Below, in pieces: positions 57,330 through 64,000 of a stretch of 64,000 bases of DNA. Source of the stretch: Anaerolineae bacterium (GTDB taxonomy: Bacteria > Chloroflexota > Anaerolineae > UBA1429); assembly GCA_963675785.1 (NCBI GenBank), contig OY776562.1, forward strand, positions 544,001 through 608,000, given 5' to 3'. The notes under the pieces were generated by a model. The model did no database searches. It saw only the letters and a list, made by a program, of their open reading frames with translations, and had not been told where the DNA came from. Position numbers and translations under genes: made by a program. Each line of letters begins with the position of its first letter. Position 1 is the stretch's first letter.

Positions 57330-60300
57330 CTAATTCTTGAGGGCCATCTGCTCCAGCTGTTCGGGCGGCAAATCCAGCGAAAGGCATTGTGAGACGCCTC
57401 GCTCTGCCATCGAGATGCCATGAATGGTAGTGGCGGCCTCAATTGTGCGGCGGTTATGGCTGATAACTAAGAACTGGGTATTATCGGCATGTTCTAGTAG
57501 CAGCTTGCGAAAACGCTGCACATTGGCCTCATCGAGCGCAGCATCTACCTCATCCAGGCAGCAGAACGGCACCGGATTCGCACTGAGCAAAGCGAAAACA
57601 AGAGCAACAGCGGTCAGTGCCCGCTCACCACCAGACAGCAGCGACAGCTGCTGTGTTTTTTTGCCAGGCGGATGGGCGATGATGTCAACGCCTGTTTCTG
57701 CAATATCGTCGGGATTGGTCAATATAAGCTTGGCATTTCCCCCGCCAAAGAGGGCGGTAAAGTATTTGCCAAAGTTCTTGTCCACAAGCCGAACCGTCTC
57801 TCCAAAATCTTGCTGGATGACATCGTCCAACTCATCGATGACTTCATACAGGGTGGCAATGGCTCCGCGCAAATCCTGGGCCTGGGATTCCAAGAAGGTT
57901 TGCCGCTGAAGTGTTTCTTCGTATTCTTCGGGTGCATCGGGGTTGATATTGCCCAGCCGTTTGATGCGCACACGTAACGCCCGGATCTGATCTGAAAGAC
58001 CTTGTGGTGCCGTTTCGACGACGGGTAGTTCAATAACTTTGTCACTCAAGCTGAGGTGCAACTGCTGCACGGTGCTGCCCGGAAGGTGCACTGGACCGAG
58101 ATCTGCTTCGATGTCCTCCGCTAAGGCATCGACCGCATCCTGGGCACGATCTCGCTCCAAATGAGTTTGATTGTAGCGCAGCTCGGCATCGTGCAGGCGA
58201 TCCATCCGTTGGGAGCGCAGAGTTTCCATTTCGCGGCGCTTGGTTTCTAACTCGGCCAGTTCAGTGCGCGCTGGTTCGAGTGCTGATAGCACATGCGCGG
58301 CGTTTTCCTGGTGTGTGGCCAAGCGCTCGTGCGCTGCAGTTGTCGCTTCTCCAAGTGCTGTCTGCTCTGCGTGGAGTGAGTTTAGCCGTTCCGTTTTGGC
58401 AGAATGTTCTTCAAGTATCTGTCTCATATTCTGTTCATGGCTTGAGAGCAGGGCATTCTGGCTTTCGATAGTTCTCTTGGCTACGGCTGCGTGTGTTTCC
58501 ATTTCAGCAACGCGGGCACGCAGGCCCTCGTCATCCTGGGTTGAAAGCATATTCTGCACTTGTTCAAGTTCTTGGATATGCTTGACTCTTGATGCTTCCA
58601 GGCTTTCAAGCTCGCTCGAAAAATGCGCTCGTTTGTCCGCAAGGTTACCCAGCTCTTTTTCAGCTTGAACAAGGCGATTTTGGTGCCAGTTGTGGTCGCG
58701 CACAGCCTCACGGATATCGGCTTCACATTCGCCTACCGTTTGTCTCTGCCTGTTGGCTTGATCGCGCAGGGAGCGTATTTGCTCTTCAAGTGACAGAAGC
58801 TGATTGTTAGCTTCATCTAAGGCACTTTGCCGAGCCCGTACCTGCTCGGATGCTTCGTTGATGTCGGCATCGATCTGCTCAATGGCTGCAGGCAGATTCC
58901 GCCATTCGCGTTCTTGAGCCAAGAAATTGGTGCGCTTTTTACGAGCGCCGCCGCTTACTGCGCCTGTGGGCTGAACTGTCTCGCCGCCCAGCGTCACAAT
59001 GAGCGAAGCACCAGTGCGCTGCCGAAGCAGATTTCTTGCAGTGGTCAGGTCATCGACTATAACAACACGCCCCAATAAAAGACTGGCGATGGGTTCCAAT
59101 TCTGCATCATAAGATACGAGGTCTTTGGCGACGCCGACGATGCCGCGTTCTGCCTGAATGCGCAGGTCTGAGCGTGCTTTGACAGTATCGAGCGGCAAAA
59201 AGGTAGCCCAACCTGCACCAGATCGCTTGAGTTCGGCAATTGCTGCCTCGGCATCGGCCCAGGTGTCAGCCACGATGTTCTCCAGGCGAGAGCCCATGGC
59301 AGCTTCGATAGCCTGCTCATATCGTGAAGGGACAGCGATGAGATTGGCAACAGTGCCCCTAAGCCCCTTGAGCCCCGATTCTGCACCGAGAATGTGACGA
59401 ACGCCGGGGTTGTAGCCGGTCATCTCATCACGCAGTCTGCCAAGCAGATCGTAGCGCGAAACGAGCTGGTCTTTATGTTTTTCCTGCGCGGTGAGGCTTC
59501 CCTGAGCTTCGCGCAGTTCCTGACGCAGTTCATCGAGTCGGGTTTCGACCTTGGATCTGCTTGCCAGGGCGTTGTTGTACTGCTCTGTTGTCTCGGCCAG
59601 CTCTGCACGCAGTTGGTCGAGTTTTTCTTCTAGCTCGGTCTCACGTCGTGCAATCTGGGCAATAGATGAATGAGCCGTGGTGCAATCACGGCTTGATGCT
59701 TCTTGTTGTTCGTCGAGCTGTTCAAGCCGCGCATGGTTCTGCGAAATATCGTGATTGGTTCTTGTTAGCTGGCGTTCGAGCTCGTTAGCCTGCTTTTCCA
59801 GGCGGGAACGCTGCCTGTCCAACTCGACGAGTTCGCTGCGGGCGGCCCCCAGCACACGCTGGCTTTCCTCGAAGGATGCAGTATAACGTGCTAGCTCTGC
59901 ACGAGAGGCATCAATTTCCGTCTGAAGCGCATTGCGTCGTGTTTCTAGGCCGTCTATATCCGCTTGCAGGCCGGTTTTCTGTTGCTCGTAAAGGCGCGCT
60001 CTTTCTTGATTGATGGCAATCTCACGCGAGAACATCTCGGCGCGTTCTTGTAGGGCCGTTGCGCGCGAGGCCAGTTCGTCGATATGGCGCCGCTGCTCGT
60101 CTTGTTTTTCTTGTAGTCTGGCCAGTTCATCACGAGCTTCTGTGGAATGCGTCTGCTGAAGTTCGAGCTGGTTTTGCGCCCGCTCCAGTCTCTCCTGGGT
60201 TTGCGAAAGATTTTGTTGCCTCACCCGCCATTGATAGCCGTACCATATACGTTGAAGCTCTTCCAGATCTTGCTGCAATAGGCGATAGGCTTCTGCACGT

Positions 60301-60929
60301 TCGGCCTGTCGGGCAAGGCGTCTGGCACGTGGTTCCAATTCTTGAAGAATATCCTGTGCGCGTTCGAGGTTTTGCTCTGTCTCGGCGATTCGTGAAAGGG
60401 ATTGCTCTCGTTTGCGCAGATGCGGTGTAATACCGGCGGCTTCTTCAAAAAGGGCTCGACGAGCTTCGGGGCGCAAAGACAAGGCGGCATCTACCATGCC
60501 CTGCCCAATGACGGTATAGGAACTTCTTGCAAGGCCGGCCTTTTCCAGCACATCAAGGATGTCGCGATAGCGCACCTTGTTGCCGTTGAGCAAATATTCG
60601 TTCTCGCCAGAACGATGCGCCCGCCTTCCGATGACCACCTCGGTGAATTCCAACGGAATGAGGCCATCGCTGTTATCCAGCACGATGAGCACCTCGGCCA
60701 GGCCCATGCGTGCGCGCGAGCCCGTTCCAGAAAAGATCATGTCGCCTGTTGTTTTGGCGCGTAATGAACGGTAACTCTGTTCGCCAAACACCCAGCGTAT
60801 AGCATCGGCGATATTACTCTTACCGCTTCCGTTGGGGCCAATGATAGCGGTAATACCCTCTCCGAATTCGAATACGGTGCGGGTTGCAAAGCTCTTAAAG
60901 CCGTACAGTTCCAGTCGTTTCAGCCGCAT
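57330..60929 (-). CDS. smc: Chromosome segregation protein SMC
   Basis: GFKSF, GPNGSGKSN, hinge G.ATFLPL/GAVSGG, LSGGE, LDEVDAALD. Confidence 0.97.
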   Translation of the reverse strand: MRLKRLELYGFKSFATRTVFEFGEGITAIIGPNGSGKSNIADAIRWVFGEQSYRSLRAKTTGDMIFSGTGSRARMGLAEVLIVLDNSDGLIPLEFTEVVIGRRAHRSGENEYLLNGNKVRYRDILDVLEKAGLARSSYTVIGQGMVDAALSLRPEARRALFEEAAGITPHLRKREQSLSRIAETEQNLERAQDILQELEPRARRLARQAERAEAYRLLQQDLEELQRIWYGYQWRVRQQNLSQTQERLERAQNQLELQQTHSTEARDELARLQEKQDEQRRHIDELASRATALQERAEMFSREIAINQERARLYEQQKTGLQADIDGLETRRNALQTEIDASRAELARYTASFEESQRVLGAARSELVELDRQRSRLEKQANELERQLTRTNHDISQNHARLEQLDEQQEASSRDCTTAHSSIAQIARRETELEEKLDQLRAELAETTEQYNNALASRSKVETRLDELRQELREAQGSLTAQEKHKDQLVSRYDLLGRLRDEMTGYNPGVRHILGAESGLKGLRGTVANLIAVPSRYEQAIEAAMGSRLENIVADTWADAEAAIAELKRSGAGWATFLPLDTVKARSDLRIQAERGIVGVAKDLVSYDAELEPIASLLLGRVVIVDDLTTARNLLRQRTGASLIVTLGGETVQPTGAVSGGARKKRTNFLAQEREWRNLPAAIEQIDADINEASEQVRARQSALDEANNQLLSLEEQIRSLRDQANRQRQTVGECEADIREAVRDHNWHQNRLVQAEKELGNLADKRAHFSSELESLEASRVKHIQELEQVQNMLSTQDDEGLRARVAEMETHAAVAKRTIESQNALLSSHEQNMRQILEEHSAKTERLNSLHAEQTALGEATTAAHERLATHQENAAHVLSALEPARTELAELETKRREMETLRSQRMDRLHDAELRYNQTHLERDRAQDAVDALAEDIEADLGPVHLPGSTVQQLHLSLSDKVIELPVVETAPQGLSDQIRALRVRIKRLGNINPDAPEEYEETLQRQTFLESQAQDLRGAIATLYEVIDELDDVIQQDFGETVRLVDKNFGKYFTALFGGGNAKLILTNPDDIAETGVDIIAHPPGKKTQQLSLLSGGERALTAVALVFALLSANPVPFCCLDEVDAALDEANVQRFRKLLLEHADNTQFLVISHNRRTIEAATTIHGISMAERGVSQCLSLDLPPEQLEQMALKN

Positions 60930-61678
60930 ACGCTTCCCGATCCAGATGAATGATTGTTGGTCTGTGCCTCCAGATGATCGATGGCGTCTCTGGCTGCATC
61001 TTGTTCAGCATCCTGTTTTGTGCTGCCTTGCCCTTGACCAAGAACCTGATCATTGACAATAACTTGGGCGGTAAAAACGCGATCATGGTCTGGGCCAATC
61101 GAGCCAACGATATCATAAGCTGGTGTCACGTGTCGTGTGGCTTGAATAACTTCCTGAAGCTGGCTCTTATGGTCCTTGGTATTCATGTGTTTGTCAACAT
61201 CCGGGGCATGTGCGGCCAAAAAGCCCCCCACCCATTTTCGGCAGTATTCAAGGCCTCGATCGAGATAGACTGCACCAACCACAGCCTCAAAAGCAGCACA
61301 AAGGTTGGCGCGGCGAGAGCGGCCGCCCCCAGCTTCTTCCCCACGGCCCAACAAAAGAAATGTCCCCAGGTCGATTTCTCTTGCAAAAGAGGCCAGTGTT
61401 TGGTTGCGTACGAGCATGGCGCGCAACCGCGTAAGCTGCCCCTCACGAGCATTTGGATAGCGATGATATAGCCACTCGCCAACCAACAGGTCTAGCACAG
61501 CATCCCCCAGGAATTCGAGGCGCTGGTTATCGGGCAAATCACTATTACGGTGTTCGTTAACGTATGAGCGATGTGTGAGGGCTTCTTCGAGGAGGGCGGT
61601 CTCTTGAAACGAGAGCCCGGCTTTCTCCAAAAAACCCTCAATGTCGCACTCTTGGCAATCATTGAGTGACATATTCAT
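60920..61678 (-). CDS. rnc: Ribonuclease III
   Basis: ALTHRSY, NQRLEFLGDAVL, FEAVVGAVYLD, dsRBD KSQLQE...GPDH...AEQ.AA. Confidence 0.97.
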   Translation of the reverse strand: MNMSLNDCQECDIEGFLEKAGLSFQETALLEEALTHRSYVNEHRNSDLPDNQRLEFLGDAVLDLLVGEWLYHRYPNAREGQLTRLRAMLVRNQTLASFAREIDLGTFLLLGRGEEAGGGRSRRANLCAAFEAVVGAVYLDRGLEYCRKWVGGFLAAHAPDVDKHMNTKDHKSQLQEVIQATRHVTPAYDIVGSIGPDHDRVFTAQVIVNDQVLGQGQGSTKQDAEQDAARDAIDHLEAQTNNHSSGSGSVCG

Positions 61679-61690
61679 CTCCTTGTGATT

Positions 61691-62641
61691 CTAGCTCTTT
61701 CTAGCAAGTGCAATTGCACCCCAAAGCCCCACATCGACTCCCAGTTTTGCGGGAACGATATGTGCATGCTGCATGGCGGGAAGTGCGGTCTCTTCAAAAC
61801 CAACCTGAATTGCATCAAATAGAGGTTGCCCCATGTATGATACACCACCACCAATAACAAAAAGTTCCGTATCCAGGATATTTGCCAGGTTCCCCAAACC
61901 GATGCCAATGTAGCGCCCTGTCGTATACACGATTTCGAGAGCGAGAGGATCATTTTGATGAGCAGCTTGAGATACTGTGACGCTGGTAATGCCCTCTGGG
62001 TCGTTGCCTGCCATACTGAGAATCAGAGAATCCGGATGGTTGCGCACGGCTTGTCGCGCACGACGTGCAATAGCCGGACCTGCGGCGAGTGACTCAAGGC
62101 AGCCGTGGTTACCGCACCCGCAAAGGGGTCCATCAACCAGAATAGTATGGTGGCCAATTTCGCCAGCAAACCCCCGTGAGCCAAGGAGCAGCTCCCCATT
62201 GATGATGATACCGCCGCCAATACCTGTGCTCACAGTCATGTAAACCAAGTTTTGGCACCCCTTGCCAGCACCGTACATTTGCTCTCCCAGTGCAGCCAGG
62301 TTGGCATCGTTCCCCAAAAAGGCCTCGACGCCTGTTGCCTCATTGATGATATCTCGTAGAGGGACGTCATCCCACCCAGGCAGGTTGGGCGCCTGTGTAA
62401 CTATTCCCTTGAAGGGATCAAGCGGCCCCGGCGCGCCAATGCCTATGCTCTTGATACGCTGCCAACCCACGGTTCTTACGGTTTCATTCATTGTGGTTTG
62501 GACGCGCTCTATGACCTGCTTTGGACCTTGTTCAGCAAGTGTGAGTGTGGCTGAACGTTCGATGATGTTATTGTCCGCATCGCAGATCATGGCGCGAATT
62601 TGCGTACCACCCAGATCAACGCCAAGGGTTATATCTTTCAT
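61691..62641 (-). CDS. ROK family glucokinase
   Basis: GVDLGGT, GAPGP, NDANLAALGE, STGIGGG, GEIGH, CGCGNHGCLE. Confidence 0.9.
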   Translation of the reverse strand: MKDITLGVDLGGTQIRAMICDADNNIIERSATLTLAEQGPKQVIERVQTTMNETVRTVGWQRIKSIGIGAPGPLDPFKGIVTQAPNLPGWDDVPLRDIINEATGVEAFLGNDANLAALGEQMYGAGKGCQNLVYMTVSTGIGGGIIINGELLLGSRGFAGEIGHHTILVDGPLCGCGNHGCLESLAAGPAIARRARQAVRNHPDSLILSMAGNDPEGITSVTVSQAAHQNDPLALEIVYTTGRYIGIGLGNLANILDTELFVIGGGVSYMGQPLFDAIQVGFEETALPAMQHAHIVPAKLGVDVGLWGAIALARKS

Positions 62642-62755
62642 GCAGCATGCTCCGGCAGGGGTATCGTATTGCTGGCTGATTGGAGAACAAATAGAACTTG
62701 AGTATAGCACAGGCATTCCTAACCGGCCAATGCATTTGAAGCGATCGGCATGATT

Positions 62756-64000
62756 CTAAAGATCCAGCTCTTTATCCATGCTGCTAGAGGAGAACAAAGG
62801 CTGCACAAGGGGCAACGTGATGGTGAACGTTGCTCCTTGCCCGGGGCCGCTGTGCGCAGTGATGCTGCCGTGATGGGTCTCGACGATCTTGCGGCATATG
62901 GCTAATCCCATGCCATGGCCCTCATATTCAGACTGCCCGTGAAGCCGCTGGAATAATCCAAACATTTGCAGTGCATACGTGTTATCAAATCCAATGCCAT
63001 TATCTTGAATGGTGATGATAGTTTCTGTATCAGTAGTTATCGCACGTATGCTGATTTCTGGGGAAATATCTTGTTTTGCAAATTTGATAGAGTTATTGAG
63101 GAGGTTAGCGAAAAGCTGGCTTAACAATCCTCTATCGCCCTCTATTGCGGGCAAAGGAGCACTGATGATGGTCGCCCCCGATTCTTCGATCAATAACTCA
63201 AGATCGTTTAGTGCATCTGCCAGAGCGAGATCAAGTTCCGTTATGGCATAAAGATTCTCGTCAGGGGTGATGCTGGCATAGGAAAGTAAGGTTTGCAGCA
63301 TAACCTGCATCCGCTTGGCGGAGTCTAGTGCACGCTCCAGGTAATCACGGCTCTGCTCATCAAGAACGTCTGATTGGGTTTGCTGGATGCGGCTACAAAA
63401 AGCTATGATTTTGCGCAAAGGTGCCTGTAGATCATGCGATGCAGCATACGAAAAGATACTCAATTCTCGATTACTTCTTTCCAAATCCTGTGCATAGATT
63501 TGAAGAGAAGCCTGGATCTGTCTTTTTTCTTCCAGTTCCAGTTCCAGTTCATCTGTTCTTTGTTGAACACGTCTTCTCAGGCTGTAATTGGTCATGATTA
63601 CAAAGATCAACAAGAGACTGCTAGCTGCAAGACCATAGCCAACATATTTGACCCATTCAGCGCTGTACCATGGTTCGAACTCGGCAAACCATTTGTTATA
63701 GATGAGGTCATACTCGCCAGACTCTCGTACTATAGCCAGCCCCTCATTTAAATGGGCTAGCAGCTCTTGGCTGCCTTCTTTTGCCGCAAAACAGTACTGG
63801 CTTATTACAATCGGTTCATCAAGGCTTTTAAGGTTATGAATGCTCAGTTGATTGATAAGGTACAATCCCTGATATTTGGACAAGACGGCGCAATCGTACT
63901 GACCGGATGCCAGTAGGGTAAGTGCTTCAGTAGTGTTGGCCACAGGAATAATCGTTCGAGATATCCCTTGTTCCAAGAGCCACTCGTGCAGCAGATCTCC
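62756..64000 (-). CDS. Sensor histidine kinase with a periplasmic-binding-protein-like sensor domain (5' end outside the window)
   Basis: Frame is open to the window end; SBP_bac_3-like GEYDLIYNKW, TM, ASHDLQAPLR, NSIKF, DNGIG, GHGMGL. Confidence 0.88.
   Translation of the reverse strand, partial: GDLLHEWLLEQGISRTIIPVANTTEALTLLASGQYDCAVLSKYQGLYLINQLSIHNLKSLDEPIVISQYCFAAKEGSQELLAHLNEGLAIVRESGEYDLIYNKWFAEFEPWYSAEWVKYVGYGLAASSLLLIFVIMTNYSLRRRVQQRTDELELELEEKRQIQASLQIYAQDLERSNRELSIFSYAASHDLQAPLRKIIAFCSRIQQTQSDVLDEQSRDYLERALDSAKRMQVMLQTLLSYASITPDENLYAITELDLALADALNDLELLIEESGATIISAPLPAIEGDRGLLSQLFANLLNNSIKFAKQDISPEISIRAITTDTETIITIQDNGIGFDNTYALQMFGLFQRLHGQSEYEGHGMGLAICRKIVETHHGSITAHSGPGQGATFTITLPLVQPLFSSSSMDKELDL

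Noticed and set aside
57330-60929. Wadjet/MksBEF defence system
   Set aside because: Canonical SMC with a standard hinge in the usual rnc-smc context; no jetA, jetB or jetD.

Overview
Core-genome-like bacterial chromosomal segment with about 45 CDS and one tRNA. I saw no integrase, transposase, prophage or CRISPR array. The gene complement suggests Chloroflexota (Anaerolineae-like), which is an inference only. It carries housekeeping and genome-maintenance genes (gyrB, pfkA, rnhA, groES-groEL with a CIRCE operator, polA, argS, tRNA-Val(TAC), scpB, smc, rnc, an Mre11/Rad50-like pair, a DprA-like gene). It also has a PdtaS/PdtaR-type ANTAR two-component pair, transport and envelope genes, and sugar/sulfate-ester catabolic genes. 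Most unusual items: (1) a large eukaryote/Thaumarchaeota-type type IB topoisomerase with all five catalytic residues, Ser at the camptothecin-sensitivity position and a fused GNAT-like C-terminal domain; (2) an uncharacterised two-gene unit after tRNA-Val built from RpoE(delta)/HARE-HTH-like winged helices; (3) a ~250-nt attenuator-like leader with uORFs (one Cys-rich) before an AT-richer methyltransferase gene; (4) an RNase HI with a second, catalytically degenerate RNase H domain; (5) a shared ECF-type promoter motif before two lipoprotein genes. All calls come from motif recognition by eye; no database search was run.
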